Shown: piece after piece, positions 23,619-37,806 of the stretch | Layout of the letters: every line of letters begins with the position of its first letter | How positions within the stretch are numbered: the first letter of the stretch is position 1 | DNA from: Mobula hypostoma | Lineage: Eukaryota | Assembly: GCF_963921235.1 (NCBI RefSeq) | Contig: NC_086109.1 | Span: forward strand, 37,822,001-37,886,000 | DNA: 64,000 bases | Direction of reading: 5' to 3' | The notes under the pieces: generated by a model | Databases searched by the model: none | Seen by the model: the letters and a program-made list of their open reading frames with translations, nothing else | What the model was told of the DNA's origin: nothing | Translations under genes and position numbers: made by a program

Positions 23619-26600
23619 ATGGTTAATACATACACAAATGTAAAAGACAACAGCATAAATGGCAGCCCACTTCCAAATAGTGCGAACACCTCGCTCGGTA
23701 CGGGATATCATGTAAACAGACAGGTGAGCCCGGATCGTCATACCACTACTGTCTGCAAGAACAAGAGACTGTGAATTGCCATTTGGAATGTTCGAACCCT
23801 GCACCAAGCTGGTAAGCTAGAAAACGTAAAATTAGAAATGAAGAGGCTAGAAGTCAGCATCCAAGGTCCAAGTGAAATAAGATGGAAAGGCACTGGAGTA
23901 TTCCAATCAGACGACTACAGGATGATATACTCTGGTGGAGATAAACATGAAAAGGGTATTGCAATCATCTTAGACAAAGAAACATCCAAGAGCCTGCTAG
24001 GATACTGGCATATCTCAGGCAGAATGATGCTAATCAAACTAAAAGGACAACAAAACAACATCTCCATCATCCAAGTATATGCACCCACAATGGTAAGCTC
24101 AGAGGAAGAAACTGATGCCTTCTACCACTCCCTATACAAAGGACTAGAAGAATACAAATCACAAGAAGCCATCATAGTCACGGGCGACTTCAATTCAAAA
24201 GTTGGTGAGGGAAGAGAAGACCATATTGTTGGAGACCAGGGATTAGGAGAAAGAAATGAAAGAGGAGAAAAGCTTATATCATGGTATAAAACAAACAATC
24301 AGATAATCACCAGCATTTGGTTAAAACAACATCCAAGAAGGAAATGGACATGGAGAAGCCCAGATGGGAACAACAAAAATCAAATCGACTACATAACATT
24401 CAATAACAGATTCAAAAACTCGTTAACTCAATCTAAAAGCTACCCTGGAGCAGACTGTGGAAGCGACCACATACCAGTCATTTGTAAAATGAAAATAAAG
24501 ATGAGAAAATTAAAGAAACCAAAAAGATCAGAACCACTGGATTATCAACAACTACAAAACAACCCTAATCTGAAAACCGAATACACAATCAAGGTGAAAA
24601 GCCGTTTTCAATTGCTGCAGGATGAAGGAGGCAAATCTTCCTGGGACATACTGAAGGAATCCATGGTTGTAGCTGCAAAAGAAACCATCCCACGAAAAGA
24701 ACGGAGAAGTAAGAAGAAATGGATAACTGAAGATATAATACAATTGATGCAACAAAAACAGACAATCAAACTAAGAGACAGCGAAGAATACAAACAAATT
24801 GATAAGACAATAAAAAGAAAATGCAGAGAAGCTAAAGACAGATGACTAAATGAGAAATGCTCAGAGATAGAAATGCTACAAACCCTGGAACAAAATTGAT
24901 GCACAATAAGATTAAAGAACTAACGGGGAAATTACCTTGCTCAGCAAGTGGATGCATCAAGGCAAAAGATGGCAGCTTAATTATGAACAAAGAGGAAATC
25001 CTAAACAGATGAACAGAATATATAAAAGAAATTTTTGAAGACCAAAGAGGAGAAAAACGGAACATAAAGACGAATCTTGAAGGACTTAGCATTCTAAAAT
25101 CAGAAATTCGAACAGCCGTAAATAAAACAAAACATAACAGAGCAATTGGTCCAGACAACATCGCTGTTGAGATGATACTGGCCTTAGAAAATTTTGGAAT
25201 AGAGAAAATAACAGAAATAGCAAATGAAATCTATGATCGGGGGAGCTACCTGATGATTTAAGTAAATCAGTGTTCATCACACTTTCAAAGAAAGAGGGAG
25301 CAACAGAATGTGAAATACATCATACAATAAGCATGATGAGCCATGTGGCAAAAATTATTCTCAGAGTAATCATGATGAGAGCAAGACACTGTATAAAACC
25401 AGAAATCAGTAAAGAACAAAGCGGCTTTTTGGAAAACACTGGAACCAGAAATGCAATTTTCATGCTGCGGATGATCTGTGAACGAGCCATCCAGGTACAA
25501 AAAGATATCTACCTATGTTTCATTGACTATACAAAAGCTTTTGACACTGTCAGACAGCAAGAGCTTCTGGAAATGCTTCAAGATCTTGACATAGATGGGA
25601 AAGATATACGTTACTTAAGAAAGTTATATTGGGACCAGACAGCATCCATCAGAATCGAAAGAGAAGTGAGTGAGTATGTGAAAATCATAGAACATAGAAC
25701 ATAGAATAGTACAGCACAGTACAGGCCTTTCGGCCCACAATGTTGGGCCGACCCTCAAACCCTGCCTCCCATATAAGCCCCCAACTTAAATTCCTCCATA
25801 TACCTGTCTAGTAGTCTCTTAAACTTCACTAGTTGTCTGCCTCCACCACTGACTCAGGCAGTGCATTCCATGCACCAACCACTCTCTGAGTGAAAAACCT
25901 TCCTCTAATATCCCCCTTGAACTTCCCACACCTTACCTTAAAGCCATGTCCTCTTGTATTGAGCAGTGGTGCCCTGGGGAAGAGGCGCTGGCTATCCACT
26001 CTATCTATTCCTCTTATTATCTTGTACACCTCTATCATGTCTCCTGTCATCCTCCTTCTCTCCAAAGAGTAAAGCTCTATCTCCCTTAATCTCTGATCAT
26101 AATGCATACTTTCTAAACCAGGCAACATCCTGGTAAATCTCCTTTGTACCCCTTCCAATGCTTCCACATCCTTCCTATAGTGAGGTGACCAGAACTGGAC
26201 ACAGTACTCCAAGTGTGGCCTATCCAGAGTTTTATAGAGCTGCATCATTACATCGCGACTCTTAAACTCTATCCATCGATTTATGAAAGCTAACACCCCA
26301 TAAGCTTTCTTAACTACCCTATCCACCTGTGAGGCAACTTTCAGGGATCTGTGGACATGTACCCCGAGATCCCTCTGCTCCTCCACACTACCAAGTATCC
26401 TGCCGTTTACTTTGTAGTCTGCCTTGGAGTTTGTCCTTCCAAAGTGTACCACCTCACACTTTTCCGGGTTGAACTCCATCTGCCACTTCTCAGCCCACTT
26501 CTGCATCTTATCAATGTCTCTCTGCAATCTTTGACAATCCTCTACACTATCTACAACACCACCAACCTTTGTGTCGTCTGCAAACTTGCCAACCCACCCT

Positions 26601-28498
26601 TCTATCCACACATCCAGGTCGTTAACAAAAATCGCAAAAAGTAGAGGTCCCAGAACAGATCCTTGTGGGACACCACTAGTCACAATCCTCCAATCTGAAT
26701 GTACTCCCTCCACCACCACCCTCTGCCTTCTGCAGGCAAGCCAATTCTGAATCCACCTGGCCAAACTTCCCTGGATCCCATGCCTTCTAACTTTCTTAAT
26801 AAGCCTACCGTGTGGAACCTTGTCAAATGCCTTACTAAAATCCATATAGATCACATCCACTGCACTACTCTCATCTATATGCCTGGTCACCTCTTCAAAG
26901 AACTCTATCAGGCTTGTTAGACACAATCTGCCCTACACAAAGCCATGCTGTCTGTCCCTGATCAGACCATGATTCTCTAAATGCCTATAGATCCTATCTT
27001 AAAGAATCTTTTCCAACAGCTTTCCCACCACAGACGTGAGGCTCACTGGTCTATAATTACCCGGACTATCCCTACTACCTTTCTGAACAAGGGGACAACA
27101 TTCGCCTCCCTCCAATCCTCCGGTACCATTCCCGTGGACAACGAGGACATAAAGATCCTAGCCAGAGGCTCAGCAATCTCTTCTCTTGCCTCGTGGAGCA
27201 GCCCGGGGAATATTCCGTCAGGCCCCGGGGAATTATCTGTCCTAATGTATTTTAACAACTCCAACACCTCCTCTCCCTTAATATCAACATGCTCCAGAAC
27301 ATCAACCTCACTCATATTGTCCTCACCATTATCAAGTTCCCTCTCATTGGTGAATAACGAAGAGAAGTATTCATTGAGGACCTCGCTCATTTCCACAGCT
27401 CCAGTCACATCTTCCCACCTATATCTCTATTCGGTCCTACCTTCACTCCTGTCATCCTTTTTTTCTTCACATAATTGAAGAATGCCTTGGGGTTTTCCTT
27501 TACCCTACTCGCCAAGGCCTTCTCATGCCCCCTTCTTGCTCTTCTCAGCCCCTTCTTAAGCTCTTTTTTTGCTTCCCTGTATTCCTCAATAGATCATGAG
27601 AGGAGTCAGGCAGGGTTGTGTCTTTTTTCCAGACTTATTCAACCTGTATAGTGAAAATATCTTGAGAAGTATCAAAGACATCAAAGGATTCTTAATTGGA
27701 GGCCATAATATGAATAACATCAGATATGCTGATGACATCGTACTAATAGCTAACTCAGAAACAAAACTTCAAGAACTACTCACTATAGTGGTAGCAGAAA
27801 GTAATCGCAGAGGCCTCTCAATCAACACCAAGAAGGCAGAAAGCATGGTCATCTCCAGAAAGACAAACATCCTACAATGCGTGATCAAGATCGGAAATAC
27901 AAACATCAAACAAGTCAACAAATTCAAATATCTTGGCAGCCTAATAACAAATGATGGCAGGTGTGACACTGATATCAAATACAGAATAGCAATGGTGAAA
28001 GAAGCTTTCCAAAAAATAAAGACCATATTAACAGACAGAAAGATGAGCACGTACACTAAAAACAGAATACCGTAGTGTTACATTTATTCTATCCTGACTT
28101 ATGGAAGGGAATGCTGGACCATTTCTCCAGCAATGGAAAAGTGTCGAGAAGCAGCTAAATTTTGGTTCTACAGCAGAATGTTAAAAATATCATGGACCAC
28201 ACACACATCAAATGAAGAAGTTCTCAGAAGAGCCCAAGCAGTTCGATCACTCATACTAACAATAAGAGAAAGACAATTCAGATTCCTAGGACACATCATG
28301 CGGAAAGATAAACTAGAAAAACTCATACTCTCTGGAAAGATTGATGGGAGCAAACCTAGAGGAAGACTTTGGCTTATGTACATCAAAAGCATAGCCAGGT
28401 GGCTACATATTGAGGAAATGGAAGTCATCCAAAAAACGAAGGATAGATCTATATGGAAAACCATGGTCACCAAAGTCTACATCGGATATGATACCTAG
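23619..28498 (+). pseudogene. RTE APE endonuclease-RT ORF with stops, frameshifts and a 1.9-kb insertion
   Basis: WNVRTL, GDFNSKVG, QIDYI, GSDH; FIDYTKAFDTV, GVRQGC, RYADDIV, FKYLGS, FLGHIMR. Confidence 0.93.
25689..27592 (-). mobile_element. Young CR1 LINE (second family) inserted in the RTE RT
   Basis: ORFs 25829-26926 and 27043-27408; (catagaa)n tail; TSD atcat at 25684-25688 and 27593-27597; removing it restores [13 protein letters not shown]. Confidence 0.97.
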
Positions 28499-29664
28499 AC
28501 AGACAGACATAAATTGCCAAGATTTCTAGGACAGATGCATATTGTAATCTTAATCCTATTTCAGATCAAGCATTAGAAAGTGATAAATTTTGGAAGTCGT
28601 TACATTTTTGGTTAATTTTTTGTGTTTGACTGCATGTGTTTATAGATTAACAGCTTATAGTATTCTTTTGTTTAAAAACTCTCATGTTTAGGTATCTCCA
28701 AGCAATATTTTGAGTAGCTGTTTTGAAACATTTGCAATGATTTTTGTAAACCTGACTAATTATTGACCTATGAAAAGCATGTGGGTAAGGCTTTAGAAAC
28801 CACAAAGATTGAATACTTTCTTATAGTTGCAAATTAAACCCTTCATTTCCTAAACAGAACAGCAACAGAGTCAGTTTGTTATTTGTTAAGAAGGTGGCAT
28901 TACTGTTTGTGCCAGCAAGAAAATTAACATAGAGTCCCTTTTTAAGAATATAGGAATTTATCTGTGGATGTCAAATGACACATTAAGTTAGCAACTTAAA
29001 TTAAAATCTCTGTTTTCAGAAGAATCAGACTTAACATTTAATATTGTAAATCCAGTTGTAACAAGGACAAATATGCCTGAGGACTAAGGAAAATATCAAA
29101 TCATGATATTTTAAAAACTGCATTCATGGAATTTACGAATTATTAAGGAATTAACTTTTAACTGAAGTTGAATTCTGATAAAATCTATCTGGCCAACAAA
29201 ATTTACAGTTCTGATTTGAATGAAAAAAGAAAGTGGTACAATATTTCGTGAAATTTCTGCAACTTTCCTGGGATTTAAATTAATCAAGCAAGAGCATACC
29301 AGTGAACTGGATCTTGTGGGAATATTTGATTGATGTTCAGAGAAGAATTGAAAATACTGCACTGGAAATTTATTTTTTTTAAGAGTTCCTGACTATGCTG
29401 GAATAGTTGTTTCAATTGCAATGTTATCACACTGCGTGATCATAAATTTTCCAAAAAATTGCTTTATGAAAGGAATTAAATTAAATAATTCACCAACAGA
29501 TACAAGTCTAGGAACTTTTATGTTTAAGGAAGTTATGGAAAGTTTTGTTTAAGAATTATTAATCCATAACTTTCTCCAGAAAAATTTGTACAGTTTGATA
29601 AACATTTTTAGACAGTTGATAACTTTCATAACAACCACATTCTGAGACAGGGAAAGAAATTCCA

Positions 29665-29935
29665 GCAGTTAGCGCAATGCCATTACAGCTTGGGACTTCC
29701 TGGAGTTGGAGTTCAATTCCAATACTGTTCTGTAAGGAGCCTCCGTACATCCTCCCCCGTGGAATGCGTCTGTTTTCCCGGGGGCGGGGTGGGGGGGTTC
29801 CAATTTCCTCCCAGAGTCCAAAGATGTTTAAATGGTCATGGTGAATTGTGTCATGGTTAGGTTAGGGTTATTAGGAGTTGTGGGGTTGCTGGGTTGGCTC
29901 AAAAGGGAGATGTTGTATCACCCAGTAAATAATAA
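29665..29935 (+). mobile_element. HE1/V-type SINE
   Basis: gttagcgcaatgcc head, gttcaattcc B box, tttcctccca..tccaaaga V domain. Confidence 0.75.
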
Positions 29936-30419
29936 ATGAATATTTATACTCTTCATTTTTATATATAATTTTGTAGATCACTTGAAAATTGATGGGAACT
30001 AGATTGCATGTATGGTATGATTTTTTTCTTTCAAATTTAATCGGTTGTGAGCCAGACGACTAGCCTGTGGAAATACCAGATAAGTTTGTACAGAAGAATG
30101 GTTTTCAGTTATTTGATAGAGGTAAAATATAACTCAAGAAAAAGAGAGATATTTGACTAAATTATGAAAGCAATGAAACACAGTCCAGAGTGAAGCTAAT
30201 TTGAAGCAATTAACATAAAAGTTAAGTCATATTAGCATCTCTAAGACATATACACAGTGCATAAAATTTCATAGGGGTAATTGAAGGCTAATGACTAGCT
30301 ATAGATGGAAATGCTTGAAAAATAACATTGAAATATCTTTTACTATATGTTCATTTTTTGATGAAGCATTATGAATTTCTTTGTATGTGTGTATGCTATT
30401 TATAGAGTTGTTTATGGGG

Positions 30420-30745
30420 TTGCACAGAACCTCAGATGTTAGTGGTGCTAATTTATTGCTCCAATGATCCTGATTTCTGGTGCGGTGTGTGTAAGTTTTC
30501 ATGTTCTTGCTGTGATTGTATGCACCATCAGGATGGTCTGGTTTCTTTCCACACAACAAAGACGTGATGGCCAGAAGTTAAACAGAATGTTGCACATTAT
30601 TGTGGTGAAGGTAGGTGGAGTTGATAGGTGGAGTTGATTAAGATGGTTTCCAGAGAAATAAATGGGACAATGGGATAGATAGGATTGTTCTGAGAGCTGG
30701 TATGAAATCACTGGGCTGAATGGCCTCCTTTGTTATGAGTAATGT
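30420..30745 (+). mobile_element. Degenerate HE1-type SINE with CR1-like tail
   Basis: tggtttctttccacac..aaagacgtg and gggctgaatggcctcctt tail. Confidence 0.6.
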
Positions 30746-33700
30746 GAGATGAGACTTATTTGATAAATTGACTAATTTTCAAGTATGTAATTTCTTTAAA
30801 GAAATTAACATATGATCTGGTAATAGCTACATTAACATTATGTTAGTTGTCAAATTGTTCTTGTCAATTAGTACCTGAAATATGGAATATGGTGATAAAA
30901 TGTGGGAGAGGACATCTATAATCTTGTCTATTTTAAGATCCTCTTGGCCCAGAGATACAGATGTCAGTTTAGTACTGAGAATTCATGATGGAAGTACTTC
31001 ATACTAAAAGTAGGGATTGAAGAATTGAACTATTTCCTCTTGTTCTGTTTGTGAACCATTATAAAATTGTAACTTTAAGAAATGATGGAAAGTTTAACTA
31101 AGTAATTTAAAGTTTAGAGACTTGTGCAGCTAATATATTTACCATCAATATATTTGCAATTATATGAGGAGACGTTGCAGAAACGGGACAAATAACGTGA
31201 GTAAAGACAAACCAGATCAAAGCTGCATGATCATTAATTTGGGGGAGACCAGAGGATCTAAAAAATTATTCAAGAGATTAAAGATTTTCAGAGAAAACGT
31301 TAAGAATGGCTGTGAATGATCTGTCAGAGGGAAACAATAATAAAGATGGAACAACTATGAACTGCTGGGATCTTCAAGGACTGTTTAATTTTTGACTGCT
31401 GAAAACAACAAAGTCAGGTGGACATTTTTATGAGTTGTTTTTTTTTCTGGCCAAATGTATGGATTAAGCTTAGGCACAATTTGCGGAGAAATGCCATCTC
31501 GTGCATTACACAAGTGAATTTGTACTTGTTCATGTTCAATTTGAACCTTATTCAACATTAAATCATTGACAATCCAATATTGTATTTAATGTTTTCTACC
31601 ATCTCCTATGTCTATGTTATAGTAAACATATGTTCAATTGGTGGAAATCTGTGTTTTGGGAAAGGGAGTTTATAAATATACAGAAGACTGAGCTGTCTGC
31701 TGGGCTGTTGGAATATCACTTGGCTCTGTGAGGTTAGGATGGTATTGGGTTTGCTAAGCATGAAGATCTAATCTCAAACAAAGATATTAAGCCCTTTTGG
31801 ATATTACGGGTACCATCACTATAGGGAAGTACTGTAGTATCCTACTCTTCAAAGGCTAGATCACTTCCCTGTTAATCCTCCATGGTGAGTTTAGCTGCCA
31901 ATGCCCACAACTTGAGTAGTGGGTCCCACACCCTACCAAGGAGGAGATACTTACAATAATTAAAGTAATTTAAAGTTGTTCATTTATTTTTTGTGATCAC
32001 TTAAAACTCACAGGTTTTCTGTCTTATAAAAGATTTTCAAATGATATATGATTTCCCGAACACAGACATAATTTTTGTATGCTAAAAAGTCATACCAACA
32101 AGTTGCAGATGAACCAAGTCATCTTTTGCAGAGATTGAAGACAGAAAAATGGATTCTAGTTCACCCAGTCTTTCTGTCATTCTTCTTGATATTCCACAAC
32201 CATTCCTAACAAGCCTGACAGCTCTCTTATATGTAACTGAACTTTAGCCAAATTAGGGGTGACTTCATACACATGCGATTTTTTTTCAGATACCTTTTCA
32301 CACAGGTGGTCTAAAAGCTTCTGGGGACAGAGTTCCCAGATGCCCACAGCTAATGCTATGACAAGGATGTACAATATTCCACAATTGTTAAACAGCAGGA
32401 CAGTCTAACAGTGTTTCATAAACAAATCTTACCTCCATTGATATGAAAGGAGATGTATTTTGCTCAATAAAATATATGAACTGTATACCATATACTTGCA
32501 AATTTAATTTTATAATATTACATACTTAGAGCACCAAACATTTCTAAGTAAATTATTGATTGTTAAAGACTGATAACAGTTCAGCCACTTTTTTGAGAAT
32601 GAGTAGGGACAGAGTGCAAAAGAATTTTAAAAGAAATGTTCTAATACAGGAGGTTATTTATTTTCCTTCAATATAGCTTGAATAAACATTTACAAGTAGT
32701 AATAAACTGATTAAAATAATTACTTTCTTCTTTCATAGAGTTTCAATTCATGATTGGTTTGTTAACTGGTCCCAGTGGTATATTTGAACAGTCCATTAAT
32801 ACTTTAATATAGTTTAGCAAGTCTCAGATGTGCCAGGTGTTTCTGTTAGCATGTTTTATATGTGTTTATATCCAGTAGAAGGTTCTGTGTGTGTACATTG
32901 TTATTGATAACTTATTGACACTCCTTAGTAATTTCCTGTGCAAAAGAATATTTTGAAGTATTATTGCTGCTCTTCTACATTGACTTCTGTAATCTTCCCA
33001 CCAGCACTCTGCAGGGAAGGGAATTACAAATCTTGGACTGACATTGTTGGAAATGTGGGCCTTCCACCATATACTGTTGAAATTTACTTTTTACATTTTA
33101 AAATTTGAGTCTGAGTTAGGCATAGAAGTCCCAAAACTGATGACAGATTCCAGCTGTCAAATCTGTCAATACGCTTTGCTACTGGACAGAATGGATTCAA
33201 ATGACATGGCATGACCATGCTGAGATTGTCCTGCACTTATGCTGGGGAGTCTACTCATGGATATTACGACAAGTTTTCCTTGTCACAGAATCTGCAAGGC
33301 ATTCATTTCAATGGAAAGAAATTACAACTGTGAGGAAGAAAGAAAAGAATAAGTTAAGTTGCAATATTATATTTATTTCCAATAATTTTTGAATTACTTC
33401 AAAATGTTTTTATGATCTTGTTGATGTTATTTTAAAGAAATATCGTAAGATTGCTTTTTGGCATGGTGGGGAATCACAATCAGCAAACATTGTGTTGTCT
33501 CCTTCTTGTAAATGACTGTAAAAGTTGAATGCACTGACAAGGCCATAACAAAATTAATTTCATTCCTAAATTTATACTAGGAGTCCTGGCCAATACTATC
33601 ACTCAATCAATCATCACATTTTCATTTGTGAGATCTGATTCCTTCAAATTGGTCACTATGCCTCCTGCACTAAATCAGCTGTATCTTGTGAATACTCCAT

Positions 33701-34101
33701 TGGTTTCCATCAGTATGCAGAGATTCCTCACCTGGGATCTATGGACCTTTTGCTTAATTGTATTGGTCCATGACAGAAAAAAGGTTGGAATAATGACTAT
33801 CTGATGCATAATGTTCTATCTACAGATCATCTCATCCATTGCTCTTCCCAGAACTCATTCCATGCATCCTGAACTAAAGAGAATGGACACTTGTCAGCTT
33901 TCAATTCAAGCCTACAATTCTGGCATAGTTATTTTGTTAAGGGCATTCTCACTAACCTGGAAAAAAAAGAATTACAGTGTATTTTACTGATCATTCGATG
34001 CTTTTGGGCATCCCCTCATTATGAAAGGCACATTATAATCAAAATTCTTTCTGAAATATTCACCCCTTGGCTGTTATTTTGTTCTATACCATCAAGTCCA
34101 A

Positions 34102-34419
34102 GTGTGTGGGCACGTGGCCAAATGGTTCAGGCATTCGACTAGCCATCTGAAGGTCGTGAGTTCAAGCCCCAGCCGAGGCAGCGTGTTGTGTCCTTGAGCA
34201 CGGCACTTAATCACACAGTACTCTGCAATGACACTGGTGCCAAGCTGTATTGGCCCTTGCTCTTCCCTCAGACAACATCAGCATCATGGAGAGGGGAGAC
34301 TTGCAGCATGGGCAACTGCCAGTCTTCCATACAACCTTGCCCAGGCCAGCGCCCTGGAGAGTGAAGACTTTCTTCTTCAGGTGCAGATCCATGCTCTTAC
34401 AAGACTAACGGATGCCTTA
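34102..34419 (+). mobile_element. tRNA-derived CORE-type SINE, 11-bp TSD
   Basis: A box tggccaaatgg; B box gttcaagcc; CORE-like tgtgtccttgagcacggcacttaa; TSD atcaagtccaa at 34091-34101 and 34420-34430. Confidence 0.9.
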
Positions 34420-34619
34420 ATCAAGTCCAACTGCTCTCAATCGTTGAGCCTTGACAGCACCTTTCACTGACAGAGGGTTTAAGGCCAAATTGATCAAAGA
34501 TGCAGTTGAGATAAATCAGACAAAACTCTGAGTCATGGTACATTTAGATTGGATAAATATGGGACAGTCCTGATCAATAAAACTCAACTGCTTTGCTGGG
34601 CAATTGTGATAATAAATAC

Positions 34620-35925
34620 GTCATTTCAGACAGCTCCCTCCCCTTTCTGATCTCTCTGTCTCCATCTCTGGAGACCAACTGTTGACTGACATCTTTTATA
34701 AACTGACAAAATCCCATGGCTATCTTGACTATACCTCTTCCCACCCTGTCTCCTGTAAAAATGCTACTCCCTTTTCTCTGTTCCTTTGTCTCCACCGCAT
34801 CTGCTCCCAGGATGAGATTTTCCTTTCCAAGACATCAGAGATGTCCTCCTTCTTTAAAGAAAAGGGTTTCTCGTCCTCCACCATTGATGCTGCCCTCACC
34901 CGCATCTCCTCCATTTCCTGAACATCCACCGCCTCAATAGTGATAGAGTTCCTCTTGTTCTTACCCATCACCTGATGAGCCTCCATATCCAGCATATCAT
35001 TCTCTGTGACTTCCACCATCTCCAAAGGGATCCTCCCACCAAACATACCTTTACCTCCCCCCTTCTCTCCACTTTCTGCAAGGATCGCTCCCTCCTTCAT
35101 TCCTCTGTCTGTTGCACCCTCCCATTAATCTTTCTCCTGGTACTTATCCCTGAAAGCAGCTGAAGTGTTACACCTGTCAATTCATTTCCTCCCTCTTCTC
35201 CATTCAGGGCCCTGAAGATTCCTTCTAGGTGAGGCAACGTTTCACCTGTGAATATTCTGCGGTCACCTATTGTGTCTGGTGCTCCCAATGCAGCCTCCTC
35301 TAATTGGTGAGGACCATCGTAAATTGGGAAACCACTTCATCAAGCACCTCAGCCCCATCTGCCAAAAGCAGAACTTCCCGGTAGCCAAACATTTTAATTC
35401 CCATTCCCATTCTGAAATGTGAGTCCACGGCCTCCTCTTGTGTCACTATAAGGCCATCCTCAGGGTGGAGGAGCAACACCTTATATTCCGTCTGGGTAGG
35501 CTCCAACCTGATGGCATGAATATTGATTTCTTCTTCTGTTAAAAAAGTTTTCTCAGATCCTTCCCTCTTCTCTTCCCTCACCGGCCTCTTACCTCTTCTC
35601 ACCTGCCCATCACCTCCCTCTGTTGCACCTCGTCCTTCCCTTTCTCCTATGGTCCACTTTCCTCACCTATCAGATTCCTTCCTCTCCAGCCCTTTTCCTT
35701 CCCCACCCACATGACTTGCCCTATCACCTTCTAGCTCTCCTCCTTTCTGTTCCCCCCCACCTTTTTATTCTAATGTCTTCTCCCTTTCTAGTCCTGAAGA
35801 AGGATCTGAGCCCAAAATGTCGACTGTGTGTTCATTTCTATGGACGCTGTCTAACCTGCTGAGTTCCTACAGCATTTTGTGAGTGTTGTTTTAGGTTCCC
35901 AGCATCTGGAGAATCTCTTATGTTT
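34620..35925 (+). mobile_element. Older Penelope-like element 3' portion
   Basis: TDIFYKLT.SHGYLDYTSSHP, GIY-YIG remnant, terminal repeat with decayed hammerhead at 35790-35825. Confidence 0.93.
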
Positions 35926-37004
35926 ATGAAAATGTCATGCCAGTATTATGTTGTTGTAATTTGACGTTATATAACTTGAATACAATTATCATACCATTAT
36001 AACTAGCACAATATAATATGTAGCATTCCAACACGCCAGAAATCCACCTTTTTTAAGTTATTGACATTCTTGGAAATTTTCCATACGCCCATGATGAGTG
36101 ATATAGTACCTTGCTGTGGGACTATTGTAGAGTTAAAGATTTTTAATTTTTTTTATTTCTTTAATGCACCAGATGCCATCTTCCTGACTCCAGTTTAGGA
36201 GAACGTCCGGTCTCTATTTTAGCCATGACACTCTACTTCAGGTAGACCTGAATTCAGAGAAAGAGTTAGTTGTAAATAATGGAACATTTTTTTCATTATT
36301 CCGCCTTATAATATTTCACCTTGCCAGAATTGTAGCCTTGAACTAAAGTATTGCTGAACTTCCCTGCATAACAATGTCGGACTCAGGGCTTTGCACAGGA
36401 AAAGCAGTGACTGACTTTGCTCTGAGAATTTGGAAGTATCTCTGCAAATAATTCTGGCAGTAACGCATAGAGATGAAAAGTCATCTGTACAATATGTTTG
36501 CTGTAATCCAGAACTATACTGAACAGCGTGATATTACTTTAACATTACCTTAATCCCAATGATAGGTTTTTAAATCCGGAATAATTTTTTTGACATAGGA
36601 GAAGAAATGAAGTTTTCAAATTGCCCGCTCAGCATCTAAACACCCTAAGTCTGAAGAGTGATGTGAAACAATTGGAGAAACCATTCTGAAATTTGCCACT
36701 AATGTAAATAATACAAAGTGGAATGCTTGTCAGATTGATATTACAGTTCAATATGCCCCTTCTAAGCAATCTATCCTTGAAATGGAGGACCAAGTGCACT
36801 CAAATGCGCACAGCTCATAAAAATCATCACTTCATGTAATCAAATTGAATAGTACATGCAACTAATAATTCAAACAGATCCCTTCTGAGTAATGGGGAAT
36901 TAATGTAGTTCCTTGACTATTTCCATATGTTCCTCTAATGGAGCAGAATCAAGGCTTTTTTTTTGTTCCAACTTGATTCTTCTGTATAAATTCTTTTATT
37001 TGGA

Positions 37005-37806
37005 TCCACAGCTATATTTCCTTAAGAGTTTGTGGAGCTTTGGTATGTCACCAAAAACACTTTCAAATTTCTACAGATGTACCGCGGAGAGCATTCTAAC
37101 TGGCTGCATTACTGTCTGGAAACAGACGAGATAATCTGAAGATGCTGGAAATCCAGGCAACGCACGCAAAATTCTGCAGGAACCCAGCAGGCCAGGCAGC
37201 GTCTATGGAAAAGAGTACAGTCGATGTTTTGGGCTGAGCCCCTTCAGCAGGGCGCTTCAGCAGTTCTGAAGAAGGGCCTCGGTCCAAAATGTCGACTGTA
37301 CTCTTTTTCATAGATGCTGCCAGGCCTGCTGAGCTCCCCCAGCATTTTGTGTGTGTTTTGCATTACCGCCTGATACGAGCAGTGGGACTATTGCACAGGA
37401 TCATAGTAAGCTGCAGGGAGTTGTAAAATTTGCCATCTCCATCACGGGCACTGGCCTCTGTAGTATCCAGGACATCTTCAAGGAGTAGCACCTCAGAGAG
37501 ATGGCGTCCATCATTAAGGACCCCCATCACCCAGGACATGCCTTCTTCTCATTGTTACCATCACGAAGGAGGTACAGAAGCTTGAAGGCACACACTAGAC
37601 AATTCAGGAACAGCTTTTTCTCCTCTATCATTAAACCCATGAACACCACTTCAATATTTATTTTACTACTTATTTAATTTAACTAATATATATATTTAAA
37701 ACTGTAATTCACAGTATTTTTGTCTCCATTATTATGTATTGCATTGTAATGCAGCTGTAAAGTTAACAAAACTAGGATATTAAACCTGATTCCGATTTTG
37801 ATTCTG
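37005..37806 (+). mobile_element. Rex1/Babar-type LINE 3' end, interrupted by a PLE fold-back unit
   Basis: LYFLKSLWSFGMSPKTLSNFYRCTAESILTGCITVW...IIKDPHHPGHAFFSLLPSRRRY; gattctga tail. Confidence 0.85.
37119..37358. mobile_element. PLE terminal-repeat fold-back unit with two opposed decayed hammerheads
   Basis: Inverted arms; TSD tgcattacYgYctg at 37105-37118 and 37359-37372. Confidence 0.9.

Larger units (their letters stand above)
23305..28508 (+). mobile_element. Apparently full-length RTE-clade LINE (about 3.3 kb), interrupted by a CR1
   Basis: 5'UTR, single APE-RT frame from ATG 23619, (agac)n tail, gacat on both flanks. Confidence 0.93.

Noticed and set aside
34105..34175. tRNA gene (also SINE heads near 17060, 18490, 41600)
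   Set aside because: Continues into a SINE body, with no convincing cloverleaf or terminator
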